DNA of 63,057 bases, filler included, from Choristocarpus tenellus KU-1152 (Eukaryota; Protista; Phaeophyceae): assembly GCA_964200185.2 (NCBI GenBank). It is 13 parts of 13 records of this genome, joined end to end, with 100 filler letters (N's around TTAATTAATTAA, not from the genome) between each part and the next. Parts side by side here need not be neighbours in the genome. Positions count along the whole stretch, not along the records: positions 10,027 to 15,890 come from CAXNAD020009560.1; positions 15,991 to 18,974 come from CAXNAD020023153.1; positions 19,075 to 22,684 come from CAXNAD020018968.1; positions 22,785 to 25,306 come from CAXNAD020027102.1; positions 25,407 to 32,848 come from CAXNAD020006152.1; 8 more parts are not named here. One strand, given 5' to 3'. Position 1 is the stretch's first letter. The number at the start of each line of letters is the position of its first letter. The position numbers and the translations under genes are program-made. The notes under the pieces are model-generated. The model saw nothing but the letters and a program-made list of their open reading frames with translations, ran no database searches and was not told the DNA's origin. This document shows positions 12,360 to 25,667 of the stretch, piece after piece.

Positions 12360-12382
12360 TGGAGGTCCTAGCGAACTTGAAC
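12360..12382 (+). other. tRNA-Gln-type primer-binding-site-like motif
   Basis: TGGAGGTCCTAGCGA..TTGAAC is close to the complement of a typical eukaryotic tRNA-Gln 3' end including CCA. The same motif occurs at 25014 and 25032. Confidence 0.45.
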
Positions 12383-13505
12383 GGTTGCAATCCTTCAACC
12401 ACGACAGCCTTCTGTGGCAGTGTCGAAAAAGGAGACGTCTCACTACCCTCCCATAACCCGCTGTCTATATATATGACCTGCTAACACGAGACTGTGAAAA
12501 AAGATAGGTGATACCAATGTGGTGGTAATCGGATTCCTCGTGCAACTTGAGCTCTGCTTGACGTTCGAACACAGTTGGAGTTTGTCGACCATAGTCTTCT
12601 TGCAATGTCAAACTGGGGAAAGAGTGCTTATTTTTTGTTCTGCTAGTGTCAACAATGTACCCGTGGGCCCAGCAGGATGTTCCATTGGACAGATTTGTAT
12701 CGGACAATGTCCAGAATGTGCAACCAACCATGAAACAATCCTCATCGAATACTTGCCATTCTGAGCGTTCGAGGAGTTCATGTTTGAGGTGTGCCCTTTC
12801 GATGCAAACTTCTATATGCCAATATTATGGATTGTTTTGGTACCTACACAAGCTACAATTGCTCATTTTGTGTACAAACAAAATACTTTGGAATATAAAA
12901 AGGGTGCTGTGTCCTCTCACCAGTATATCCAACTTCTTATTCATACTACTCCTTAGCAACAGGGCACATATCCGCATGGTTGCTAACAAAGTTTAGACTG
13001 CTGTCGTGAGATATTGAAGGCAAAGATCCGTATGCTTGCACGCAGATTAGATCACGTTCTGAGTGGTAATAAGTGCCAGCTAGTATTTCTTCAAAGGTAC
13101 GCATGGGTTTGACCCTGCCGATCGCCAGATTTTTTTTTGCCAACAATCTAGATTATCCAAATTCATGAGGGAACCCAATACGATTTGTAAACATGTAATA
13201 CTACAAAAAGAAAGCGGGAAAATCTGTAACGAGGTGAAAGGCTTCAATGTGAACGATGCCGAGACGAGTACTGGACGAGAATCAAAGAGAAGGTAGAGCG
13301 ATAAGAGGTGGGATAACTGAACCCAACGTGCAAGAACCCATTACATGAAAAGTAAGCACATGAACTGAGGCAGGGCAATTTTTCCTAGTGCAGCAGATAA
13401 CTAAATAGTAGAAGTAATGTAGTGTGTAGTGCCTCCCAACCACAAATAGGGCTATGATAGTCCGACAGGTCAAGGAAGAATATAATTAAATAAATATTCT
13501 GATAA

Positions 13506-14300
13506 TGTTATTGATAAATGGTACTAATATTGTTTATAGATTGATCCCTCCGAAGTGGCCAGCCCTCTCTTGTATCATACGAGCGTACGAGTGAGAGGTG
13601 AGAGGTGTGACTGTCGTTCATGTATGTGTGGCACAATCATTGTGGTCTTGGCCCGGAAGTAAGAGAGAGCTTCAACAGGAGTGGTATCGGAGTTGTTGGC
13701 TGTGTGTATCCTCTTGCTCTGCTATGTATTACACTGAGTATCTAGCAACGGAAAATATGGAGACCCTGCTCCTCTTTCTCCGCTCTCTACAAATATGTGA
13801 ATCTCTGCCGCGCACGGTAACTGGCGACCTTTGAGCTTGGGCATCTTACACGTACATGAACAACTGTCGAAACAAAAAGGTGGACTAAATATCTGACTAG
13901 TACTTTACGGTGCCGTGGAACAACAGTCACAGAATATTACCAGTAGAACGAAAAAGACAGCAACTAGATGTATGAGGCGAATGGGGCATGACTATAAATT
14001 GCATAAAGTCATGTCCTAGTATTATGAGACTGAAGATCAGGTACAAGTAATGTAGGATCAGCCAGATCCAAGCACAATACGTAGCCAATGTATCCAATGG
14101 GAGACTTCCCCTTCAGTTGGCGCCAGCACATGTGCGATATCAAGAACCAGTACTAAATGAACGGATAAGCCGCAAAAGGTGTATAGCCGTACGATTTACA
14201 CAGAGGAGAGTTAGCATGGCGATGACCTAGACCCAGTTATGCCTGTCCAAATCGTGGGGTGTTGTCGGGTATGTATAGGAAAATTAATCAACCTTGCCCT
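13506..14300 (+). mobile_element. LTR retrotransposon 5' remnant (LTR, tRNA-iMet PBS, decayed internal sequence)
   Basis: LTR-like end ...CAACA at 13677, then TGGTATCGGAG at 13682, matching the canonical TGGTATCAGAGC Met PBS. Outer boundaries are approximate. Confidence 0.45.
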
Positions 14301-15131
14301 AACTCAACCCAAAAGAAAATTTGGGTTCTACATTTTTGAGCGAAGGTAAGGATGAATGGTGCGAGGATACGTATGACCAGAGGTGTGGTAATGAGAGCTG
14401 GAGTAACACATGGGGGTATGGATGCACCGACGCACAGACACACAGAGATGCATGGAATGGACTGCTCTTACAACATACTTTCACACATGTGTGACGTCTG
14501 AAGCACTGACAAACTTGATAGGGGTTGCATTGTGGATGACCACCTCGTAACTCCAGGGGGGGGAGGCGAGCATACCCTTGAGGTCGACGCAGAACCTGCC
14601 CGTTGCCACATTCCAGGGAAATCTGGTTTCAATCATTCAAAGTCCATGTTACGGAATGGTACACCTACCTATACCATCCCGTTTGTTGCCACAGTCCTGT
14701 ACCAAAAACATTGGAAACTGAAACAAGGTGCTAACGCTTCATTGAAGATGCGTGGAACGACCTGAGGTGAGTATGCCTAAGGGACATGCGAGTAGGCAGA
14801 GCAACGAGCAGTGGGGGGTAGCAGACTGAACCTAATGTGCTATACTATAGACAAGATGAATGAGGCAATACAATTTGTTGTAGTTAGGTAGCAGCATGAC
14901 GAGAAGTAGTGCAGAGCGTAGTACCGCTGACATGGCTTGGGCAAGTCACCACTCTAAAGTGAAGTCTATAATACACGGTAGCTGGCACATCCCCTCCGCC
15001 TATTCCAATCAAATAGTAAAGAGTATATATGATTCCAGCTTTCCCCTTCTTTGTGAAGCAGTGACTAAGGAGAGGCAGAAAGAAGAACGAATGTGAGAGA
15101 TTCAAAGGTCTTGTGAGGAAAATGTAACATT

Positions 15132-15202
15132 ACAATAGCGGGGATTCGAACCCCGGACATCTTCTTAAAAGGCAGATACGATCACCACTTCACTATGACT
15201 AT
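15132..15202 (-). pseudogene. Degenerate tRNA-like sequence (tRNA pseudogene or SINE head) with TTT anticodon loop
   Basis: Minus strand: A-box TAGTGAAGTGG, anticodon arm TCTGC-CTTTTAA-GAAGA (1 mismatch), perfect T arm CGGGG-TTCGAAT-CCCCG. Acceptor and D stems pair poorly. Confidence 0.6.
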
Positions 15203-15750
15203 TCATCGCTGCACCTAGCTTATCCCATCTCCAATATTATTCATAATACACATGCATACCGACATACATACACACACGTAACAAAAAGTGAAAGTTCATG
15301 AAGTAATCTGAGTTTTGTGGGCGGAAGAATTCTGGTTGGTTGGGGGCACAGGACAAGGGAAGGTAGTGCAAAGAAAAAGGAGGAAGCAGGAAGAAAACGA
15401 TAGTTAAGGAATGACTGGCTAAGAGAAGAGAAAAAAAGTTAAAAGAAATGAGTGGTAGGAAGAGGGAAGGGGAAGGATTAATCAGTATTTAATAAGAGAG
15501 CTGAGGACCAGGGGTACAGAACAAGGAGGGTGAGAACAAGACAACCTCCGAGCCAGCTCTCTCGCCCACCTGCCCTGTCGCTTGCTCATGACTGACAGGA
15601 ACACTGGGTAAGGTGGAGGGAGGTCAAGTTCCGGCGGGGAAGATGTTTTCTAGCTGAAAGGCACGGTTTGAAGTGGATCATGAAGGGGTGTTCTTGGATG
15701 ATTGTGGAGTGGTGTGGAATGGTGTGGGGTTGAGGAGAGTGGTAACTTGT

Positions 15751-15890
15751 GGGTCAAAGTATCTGGGGGGGGAGTGGTTTGTGAGGGGGTGTCTGTTTCG
15801 GTCAAACAAATCTTTTTTTTGCTGACATTTCAAATCCGACACGTGCCACCAAATCACACCAACAAAGTGAAAATCGAAAAAGGGTGAAAA
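15751..15890. mobile_element. Poly-G MITE relative (family B/C), truncated by contig end
   Basis: GGGTCAAAGTATCTGGGGGGG... Homologous to 9856-9926 and 43958-44100. Related ends at 5527-5610, 5711-5783, 15991-16015, 22795-22949, 32821-32848 and 55989-56009. Confidence 0.8.
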
Positions 15891-16538
15891 NNNNNNNNNN
15901 NNNNNNNNNNNNNNNNNNNNNNNNNNNNNNNNNNTTAATTAATTAANNNNNNNNNNNNNNNNNNNNNNNNNNNNNNNNNNNNNNNNNNNNCCCCTCCCCC
16001 CAGATACTTTGACCCAACCCCCTTTCACTGATGTGTGCATGGGTTTTAGTAAGTACGAACACATCATGTTGTACATCTCTCGGGAGGTACTGTTGATACA
16101 CGTATCTACACACACGTTTGTCTAGGGGGAAAAGATTGGGGACAGAAGAAGCAAGCAGTAGTGCTCTTGATAGTGAAAACAGAAAAAAAAGACTACGTAC
16201 TATTTAAAAAAAAATATATATCTCAAGAAAATAAGAAAAAACAGGAAGGCATATTTTTTGTTCATGTGTCTTTTGTTGTTTTCTTCTGACTGACAAAATA
16301 ATAATAATAATAATAATATATATATATATATATGCATAGAGCCAGCTGGTTTATATCCATCGAATATGTTCCAATTGAAAGTTTCCAAGAATTTTCCTTT
16401 TTTATCTGCCTGTTTAATTTCGTTCATTAATTTATTATTATTATTGTCAGTGAGTATTTTTTCTTTTAATACTTGTAATCTATTTATGTATATATACATA
16501 TATAATATATATATATATTTGATTGTTGTACTTTGTAG

Positions 16539-18195
16539 CTGCTTCAACCAACTGTACAAGAGATCAACAAGAAGTTTGGGGCTAACAAGGACGCCGCTCG
16601 AGAGGTGACCAACAGGCTGTATGAGACCACAAAGGTCAACCCTCTCTTTGGATGCTTACCGGCACTGGTACAGGTGTGTCCTTACTATCACTTGGTGCTG
16701 TGTGTGGTGTGTTTTATCTTAAGTTTGTGGCGAAGAATAAATGGGAGGGGTAGGGGGAGGGGAGAGGGGCGGGGGGAGGAGTGGAAGGAGGCGTATGTTG
16801 CGTGCAGGGTTATCCTATTTTTACTATTTTTGATGTTGCTTTTTTTTTTTGTAGGTATTTTTATTATTTTTGATTGTGATTGTGTGGTGTGCGTTTTTTC
16901 TTTTGAGTTTTTCTTTTAGCTCTGAGGGAAGGTTCGATTGAATATATTTTGCAGCATAGTAGACCCACGTTATTTTTTTGTTTTGTTTTCTATGTACAGT
17001 ACTCGGACTATCATATCGTAGTAGTAATAGTAATAGTAATAGTACTAGTACTCAGTTAAATGTTATACCATTGTGTGTATTCATGCAGTTGTAGGTTATC
17101 ACAGAGACTGCTCTCGCCTTGCTACCATTGGAATTGACATTTCACTGATGTACTCTAGGTGTGCTGACTGACAAATTTATCATTGCGTACAGTGCTCTTG
17201 GACACTATTTACACCACCAGTGGAGTGAGACCTGGAAAAAACCCTAATCCTTAACCCAAATACTGTGTAAAGGTAGAGAGAGAGAGAGAAAGAGAGAGAG
17301 AGTCCTAACCCTATCTACCTTTGTTTATTACTTCAGTTCAAAGTAATTTGAAGTGCTCGCTGATGGTGGTTGAATGTAATTTGAAGTAGGTAGGGCATCA
17401 TTATTAATTTTGTGAGAACGCCTTCCATCTCCTGGTGAACGACATGTGTGGTACCTTAAAATGCCGCTTTTGGTTGCACTATTAGGCCGTTTCAGGTACA
17501 GCAAAATTTCTGACAGAAATTTATACTTCGATACAATAGCTCGGCAAAGAAATTAGTTTTTGTTTTGAATGTTTGATTTTGTTGTATGAATGCCAATAAT
17601 CTTATTTTAATTTTTATTATATATTCTGGGGTGTATTGAGTGACAAGATAAGGTATGTATCTTCACAAAGGGAGAAGTAGCACACAGTTCTACATCTTGT
17701 GCTAGTGATAACGATGGCTTCATTTTTTTTTCTAGTGGTATTTGATGCTCTTTTAAAAAGTAAATGTAAATTATTGGTTCCATTTTATAGATTTTGGAAC
17801 GCATTTTTGTTTGGACAGGTCTTGTCTGTGTCAGTTTTGTGAAGTGTATTAAAATGTTCCAAAGATGGCGATGTAAAGTTTGGTTTGATAATAATAATAT
17901 GTAATGATTGTATCAACATAAAAGATAGATTTGATTGGTAAAGTTATACTAAAAGAGTTGTATTGTTTGGAGAGGCGTGTTGTTGTGGACCGTGTTGAAA
18001 CATGATGAGACTTGTCACTGCCCCCCTGCGTAAAGACAGTCGATGCACATGACAAGATCATGTGTGGGACATGCATATTGGGCCTTTTATTTACCTGATC
18101 ATCCTTTGGTTCTTAGATGGCAGGGAAAAATACTGAGGAGTTGGTTTGTTCCAGTTGCTTGTTTGGCACTGTGTTGAACTCATTCCTAATATTTA

Positions 18196-18246
<51 letters not shown>

Positions 18247-18504
18247 TATTATCATTCTTATTGTTACTATTACTATCACTGTTATTCTGAGTATTTTTGT
18301 TTTCTCATTTTAAAATAATTTATTAATATATATTTTCTATCCTGCATCTTCTTCCTCCCCCCTGCCCCGCTGTTTGATTGTGGTTACTTTTTTGCACCTC
18401 TTTTTGTTCAGTTTCCAGTGTTTGTTGGGTTGTACCGGGCTATCATCACTTTTGGTCAGGAGAAGGTGGCGAATGAGCCCTTCTTGTGGCTGCCCTCTCT
18501 TCAG
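16539..18504 (+). CDS. ALB3/OXA1/YidC-family membrane insertase, two internal exons (16539-16673, 18412-18504)
   Basis: GT-AG phase-0 splicing gives LLQPTVQEINKKFGANKDAAREVTNRLYETTKVNPLFGCLPALVQ|FPVFVGLYRAIITFGQEKVANEPFLWLPSLQ. VNPLxGCLP, QxPVFxGLYRA and FLWLPSL are ALB3-type motifs. Confidence 0.88.
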
Positions 18505-20248
18505 GTGAGAATCTCTTAGGGGAAACAACTGTGATTATTGAAATAGTGGGATATCTCACATATGTTTGAAATATATTTATTTATTGGTTCTTCTGGCGTG
18601 TGTTTGGAAAAACATCAGTCTCACTGTGATGTTCAGTTGCATAGGATACCACTAGTTTTGTGCAGCATCTGGATTACTATACTAGATTAGGAATGATAAC
18701 AGGGAAAACTGTGTGTGTGTTTGTGTGATTGGCAGTTCATGGCTTACTATCATTTCCTATTGATTATACATCCATTAACATCTGCCTTTTCTTGTCTTTC
18801 AAGAAAATGATGTCAATGGATGTCAATTGATGTTACGGGTTATATTTTATTTTATTTTGACAGACACGGACATCACTGGTCAAGAAAGCCTTTTCTGAAG
18901 GAAAGACCCCCCCCCCCCCCCCCCCCCCCCCCCCACCTTATTCACTTTCATCCATCTTTTCCTCTTTTAATCAANNNNNNNNNNNNNNNNNNNNNNNNNN
19001 NNNNNNNNNNNNNNNNNNTTAATTAATTAANNNNNNNNNNNNNNNNNNNNNNNNNNNNNNNNNNNNNNNNNNNNACGGGAGGGGGGGAGTCCTCGTATGT
19101 TAGATCATCCCAATGTCATGATCTTTGTTGTATTGGGGTGTTTGCACAGTCTGCTTTATGGTTAGGGTTAGGGTAAGTTTTTGGTTTTTACAAACCTGGA
19201 CAAATCAGCACAACACTTATCAGGTTCTGTTTCCAAAGGCCTAAACTTGAATCTGACCTTGAATAATAAAGCACTTTGTAGGAAGTAGTTTGGGTGATTT
19301 AGACAGAGCAATTTGATGTTGGCGGAGATTTAATATCATCACATTTTGGGGTGATCGATGGTTACGATTGGGCTGTGGTCCCTGACACTGGCTCTACAAC
19401 CCCTTTTTATTATTACTCCCAAGTTCTTTCTTTTAATGTGCTGCCTCAGTATAGCCTGTTTGATTTCCTTCTCAGGATGAGTTATGAACTTGAAGTGTAT
19501 GTTATGTGGGAGCATTTGTTCGGTGTAGTGGAGTGTATCGCAAGTACAATATGAGATAACATTAGGCATGTAATTCTCGTATCTATGCATTGGTGATCAA
19601 TAAGCTCAGATTGGATTGATATTTTCTGAACCAATGTCAGAGGTACTGGCCCAGAAAAGAGAGCTGAAAAAACCCCAAGAAAATGAGAAATAAACTATGC
19701 AAACTGTATGCACTTTTGAAAATAAAAATTGAAATCTCTCTCTCTCTCTCTCTCTCTCCCTCTCCCTCTCTTGTTTACTTTCCTTTTCCCCCCTCTGTAA
19801 TATGTTCTTTTTGGTTTAATTTATAAGTCAATGGTTAGGGTTGGTTAATGAATCGATACATTGATACAAATGCTGACTCAATAAAGGATAAATCTTGTGT
19901 GTGTGTGTGTGTGTGTGTGTGTGTCTTTTTTTTTTCAAACCCTCAATTTCTATATTTTTTGTATTATAATTATTAATGGGTATACACTGATTTTGAGAAA
20001 CCATTATGTTTTGTTGTTAAATTGTTATTATTATTATTTGGTAATTACCGCATCCTCTCGCTGTTTGCATCTTGCCCATTCACAACATTGATATGGATAA
20101 ATGATAGATATAGAATTGGCATGTATTTCCTACATTTTTTTTGTACATTTTTTTTTGTCTTCGCCACCAACATAAAAAGATACAGATAGATAAATACAGA
20201 TATTGGCATTATTTCCAACATATTTTTATACCTTTTTTTGTCTTCCAG

Positions 20249-21384
20249 AGAGCATTGCATTACCTGCTTCAGCCGGATTCATGGTCTCAAAAAGGGTACC
20301 CAATGTACGATGATTTCCGGGAGGTGCGAGCTCACACTGCAATTTTACAGCAATGCACTCTGAACAGCTATGTGGTTCACCCTTGGCAGAAGCTGAGAGG
20401 GAGGACCAAGGGGAAGGGGCGTCTTGCTAGGTAATGAGAGTCAAAAGCACATGAGCAGAGACTATGCATATATATATATATATATATATTTATATATTTA
20501 CAAGTAATATTATTATGTGTGAAATTTTATTTATGTGTGTGATTCTTCTATGTGGTGCAGAATATTTGGACGTTTAAGAAGAAAATCTCTACCATTTGTT
20601 TCTTCTTAGTTTCCTCCATGAGACCATCTACGAAATGTGATTGGGTGTGATTGTATGTACAGTGTGGCATGGCCTTATTCGTCACATGTGTACATACATT
20701 TCTTTTTTTTCAAGATGCGTATATACATACATACATACATACATACACATATATATGTGCGTGTGTGTGCGTGTGATTGTGTGTGCTTTTTTTTGTGCAA
20801 CTAACTGTTTTGGTGAATGGTTGGTACACTTGTTGCTTGTGTGTGTGTTTATGTATGTTTGTGTTGTGGAAATATACTGTGTTTTTTTTTGGTGGTGGTG
20901 GTGCGTGAAGGGTTAGGGTTAGGGTTAATGTATCGTTTGATAGGGATGCAATCACACCTATTGATGCATTTTCTTTCTTTTTCTAAAGAAGATATATATA
21001 TATATATTACCATTCATCCTTCCTGCCCCTGCCCCCCAAATGATTTCTTCTTTTTTTTTTTACTCCAGCTATGTCAGAGGCGATTTCATTCTACACTTTG
21101 CAGGAAAAAAGGGTAGGGTGAAACAGGTCTTAGTTGACCACTACTACTCAATAGCCAAGAGATTTTTCAAGGATTATCAAGCTGGTGCCAATGTGACCTC
21201 AGCCGTTGTGTCAACTTCGCATTTAACCCCCGATGGAGGTGGTACCCATGAGCACCAAGTGAGTGTTGGGGTGGAACCTGCCAGTAGTGGTGAAAGGGTG
21301 GAAGTGGAGAGTCATGCTGGGGATGGGTTAAGGAGAGGGCTGAGGCACCGTAAAGTTCGTAGAAAATTCGTCAGGGGAGAGTAG
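20249..21384 (+). CDS. GT34 (GMA12/MNN10-like) glycosyltransferase, last two exons (20249-20430, 21069-21384)
   Basis: RALHYLL...VRAHTAILQQCTLNSY...LAS|YVRGDFILHFAGKKG. The phase-2 GT-AG intron restores the frame. QxxxNSY and GDFxxHFAG are GT34 C-terminal motifs. Stop at 21384. Confidence 0.75.
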
Positions 21385-22949
21385 TAGGGATGCACTGATG
21401 GAGATGGATGGATGGATGGATGAGGGTTTGATGAAGGAAGGGGAGATCGGTAGGACTGCAGTGTGTGTAGTGTGTGGACTTGTTTAGGGGTCGTGGGTCG
21501 ACAGTGTTCTCAAAAAAAAAATCAAGCTCCATACTCCAATTTTTCACCTGGTATCGTTTATGCGTTCTTTTTTTTTCCTTGAGGTTTCCAACAAAATAAG
21601 ACTTCATGATTGGTCGAAATCGTGGAGTTGTGCATTAGGTCGATTTTTGTTGTTGAAACGGTAGTCGTGTTCGCGGTTGGCGGGTGCCTGCATTTCTTCA
21701 TGTGCATTCATTGTGAGTCCTGGAGAGGGCTTTGTAACAGAGTTGCGGACAGGTTGCAAGGATTTTGGTAGGGTTTTGGAGGCGTTTTTGCTAGTTGGAC
21801 ACGGTTGCAAAGGATGGATAGCTTCCTGGTTTCTCTAGAAGTTACTTTTTTTCTAACATACCCAAAGTGTGTGTTGGTGTGTATTTCATGGGTGGATGTT
21901 CTTTGGGTGAAGTTACGCTTTTTTTCTGAGGGTTGGCAGGAGTGGTTTCACTCTGCTTTCTCCCTTTGCAGTGTGTAAGTTTGAATGCTCACCTGTTCTT
22001 GATTGTTGTGTCATTAGAGCTAGCTAGATTCAAGACTTGAGGATAACCTGATGTAAGAGTATCGAGTCCATCAATTCATAGTTGGTATTGCTTTGAGTGT
22101 GTACAACCACATTACTATAAATACATCTGTCCATATGCATTGAAAATTCAAGTGAGTGAAATCCTCTAAGAGGGGGTTTCATTTTGACTCTTGAGTCTTA
22201 GGATCAATTCGATCTTGTACATTATTCATGCCTATGCCTGAAATGCAGGTACCCCCCCCCCCCTTAGGTGGGTGTGGCTGCAGAAGGGAAGACCAACTAT
22301 GAACGCGTTGTTTGTCGAGACTGCCCTCCTCAGTACTCAAAATCCATTCACTGCAAGGCAGCCATTGGGGCCCTCAAAACTCAACAATGCCACACTCTTA
22401 GCTGGAAGGTATCACGTGACAAGTTCAACATTCATGCATTTCAATGTTCAATATGCATTCAAGTATCAGTGCACTGTTTGATTAGATGAAGTATTTCTGG
22501 CCAACAGTAGTCAATCCTCAAGGAATTTTTTTTATATCCCTTGCCCAAGTCATTCCCCACTTATTTTCTGAAGAGGGTTACCTCCCAGTCACCTTCTTTT
22601 CGCTGTGCCTGAACCTTCTTTGGAGCTTGTTGGAATCAGTTTTTTTGACCTTCATCCTTTCTTCGCCTCGTAGTATCTGGGGGGNNNNNNNNNNNNNNNN
22701 NNNNNNNNNNNNNNNNNNNNNNNNNNNNTTAATTAATTAANNNNNNNNNNNNNNNNNNNNNNNNNNNNNNNNNNNNNNNNNNNNGAATGATCCAGGGGGG
22801 GGGGGGTCTACACCAGGGTGTCCATTTAGGACAAAATAACGAAAGTGCACTTTCATTATCCATCAGACGTATGCAACCAAATCACCCAAAAATCGGTACA
22901 TGAAAAAATTGACCCCAAATGGAACCACTCCCCCCAGATATTTTGAGCC

Positions 22950-24400
22950 TGGAGTCGGCACGCCAAATTCCCCCCGTCAAGTTCAAATCACCACCAGCAG
23001 ATCCCTAGGGAGAGATGAGGCCCTATCTCACAGTTGCCTCGTGACTGGTTACCACAGGAGGCAAAATGTAGACACCAGACATGCACATACCCGCCCTGGG
23101 GCTGGAGGACCGGTTCACCAACACACACCAATGGTGAAGTGTCTGGTTCGAGTTTGCAAAGGAATGGGCATCCCTTGCACTATGGAGGACGGTAGCCCAT
23201 TTACAAGAGATAGGAATTTCCGTATGCATGCATGAGCATAGATCTGGTCTTCCACATGGGGATACTTGCAGATGCCGGATCAGCTCCCTCCCAAGACAAG
23301 GCCTCCTCCTCGATGTTATGTTTACACAAATGCAAGCAGCCTCCCACCTACCCCACTCATCCACCAGCAACGGTGTGTAGCTGCTGCTGCGGCTGAGGCA
23401 CGAAAGCGCACCCACTACGAGGGATCTTTTGACCCACGTAGTTGTAACCTCAACACCTTCACGGTGGAACGTTTTGGGTGCCTCGGTTAAGCAAGCAGAA
23501 ATTCTTCTGGATGAGCTACCTACGCATGTGGTAGAGGGGAGAAGGACACGAGACTACAACAGGAGAGGGGTGGTCAAATCCCATCTACTCCAGATATTGT
23601 CTATCACGACGCTAGTAGCTCTATCTAGGCGTGCCATGCGTTTAAAGCTGGAGACACCAGGGAGATGGGCAAGGAGGGGCTTGTTAGATTCTTGGGATGC
23701 TTCCCTACCTCCTCACTCTGGAGTGCAGGACTAGGCTAGGTTGGAGGCACAGGAGGGCAGTGGTGTAGCATAGCTGGTAGTAGAATAGTAAATAAGTGAA
23801 TGCCTTTCAAATTTACAACAACTGTTACTTTTATAGGGATTTTTCTGACATGTGAACAGTTTTCATTCGTTTTCCCTTGACACATCTGTAAAGTGTCAGA
23901 GGGCATGTTAATGAAAAAATACGTAATGGTGTAGCTCCTGGTGTAGCTGAAGCGCGAAAGCGCATCCACTACGAGGGATATTTCGACCCTCGTAGTTACA
24001 ATCTCAACACCTTCGTGATAGAAAATTTGGGCACCTTGGTAAGCAAGCCGGAATTTTCTTTAATGAGTTGGTTACACGCATGGTAGGGGGGAGAGGGGAA
24101 GGAGGCTATACCATGAAAGGGGGTGTCCAATCTCGTCTACGACGTATAGTATCTATCACAACACACGTAGCTCTATCTAAACGTGCCATGTGTTTAAAGT
24201 TGTAGACACCAGGGAGGTGGGCAAGGAAGGGCTTATTAGATTCTTGGGATGTTTCCCTAGCTCCTCACCCTGGAGTGCAGGGCTAAGCTAGGTTGGAGGC
24301 ACAGGAGGGCAGTGTTGCAGCATAGCTAGTAGTAAGATAGTAAATAAGCGGATTGCATTTACGACAACTGCTACTTTATTAGGGGTTGTTTTGACATTTG
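22950..24400 (+). mobile_element. Two head-to-tail 5'-truncated CRE-like (restriction-like endonuclease) non-LTR retrotransposon fragments
   Basis: Decayed motifs DTRHAHT, EDGSPF, LLDV, AEARKRTHYEGSFDP, FTVERFG.LG. The second copy restarts at ~23925. Homologous to 41180-42241 and 32949-33780. Confidence 0.8.
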
Positions 24401-24707
24401 AATGGTATTTCTACAGGCGCATTGTCCGCAATGCAGCTTCACCTTCTGAGGCGTGGAAGCAACTTTCGTTTCCATTCATATGAGTTAATTACTATGTTGT
24501 GGGAGTTGGTGATGAATGTCAAGATGCCTGGGGGGGTCAAAACCCCAAACTACCGTCATAACCATGATGGACTGGGTGGGTCAGGTGGCTGTGATGGAGC
24601 ATGAGATTTCGGAGTAAGTTCTACAAGAGTACGTGCTGGACTGTTTGGATGATGATTACCAAATCACCAAACATTACCTGCAACATCATGGTAAGGGAGA
24701 GAGGATG

Positions 24708-25013
24708 TGTCACAGGCGATATGTCTTTATGGCGGTTTCATAAACACCATTATGAAATTGAAGTTCTAGATTTGATATATTTGTATTTCTTGGTTATTTC
24801 TTGATTATTTGGTCATTATGGTCCCCTATTGTGGTAAGACATTTTTGTTCAGTTCCTTTTATACCATGATATTGACGATAATCCAAGGGAGAGATCCAGC
24901 ATACTTGACGACTTGTGCATCAGGAGTCCTATGCGCACATCAGTACCATCTACAAGACCGTAGATTGGAGCTATACAACCTGGGGAGGTAAGCTTTCTGG
25001 GGCGCCTGTAACA
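24708..25013 (+). mobile_element. LTR of the same family as 11572-11876, with upstream PPT and downstream PBS-like motifs
   Basis: TGTCACAGGCG...CGCCTGTAACA. A 13-nt purine run (24693-24705) lies 2 nt upstream. TGG-initiated Gln-type motifs at 25014 and 25032. Confidence 0.82.
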
Positions 25014-25630
25014 TGGAGATCTAACCGAGACTGGAGGTCCTACCGCCTCTCTTCAAACTGGAGGGAATACTCATCTGTTCACCTCAATATTTAGGATTCC
25101 TTGCTTGTTCTAACTGAATTTTTTTCTTGTTCCACCTGGATTGTATTCTTGTTCCACCTAGATTCCTTTCTTGGTCTTCATTCGTCGTCTACGGGATTCC
25201 CTCCTTGGGGCTCGTCATCTTCATGGGTCTGAGGGCTTCTGTGGCTCTGAGGGAATCGCCCCTCTCTAGCTGTAAAAAGAGTGGCCTCCGATCGCCACAT
25301 CATCCANNNNNNNNNNNNNNNNNNNNNNNNNNNNNNNNNNNNNNNNNNNNTTAATTAATTAANNNNNNNNNNNNNNNNNNNNNNNNNNNNNNNNNNNNNN
25401 NNNNNNGGGGGGGGTCGTGTGGACACTATCTGATGGAGGTTTTGGTGCAACAAACTAACGCACGAGAAAAAAAAAGGGGGTTCGTGGATGTGGTATGGTG
25501 TTGAGTGTTGCAAAGCACTCTGCTGCGGGCTTTAGTGTGATGGGATGTGTGGCTCCAATCCACAAGGCTGCTGTGTGTGGATGATGAAGGTTGTAGAGGT
25601 CACCGTAAAGGAAAGGTCGTCGTGTGCGCT

Positions 25631-25667
<37 letters not shown>

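Noticed and set aside
12450-13150. Possible copia integrase remnant on the minus strand (QNGK, CWAH)
   Set aside because: Too degenerate to call.
15751-16015. A single MITE spanning the linker, implying adjacent contigs (similarly 5527-5783)
   Set aside because: Flanks do not form a TSD (TGT vs AAC), and many contigs end in this family, so the pairing is probably coincidental.
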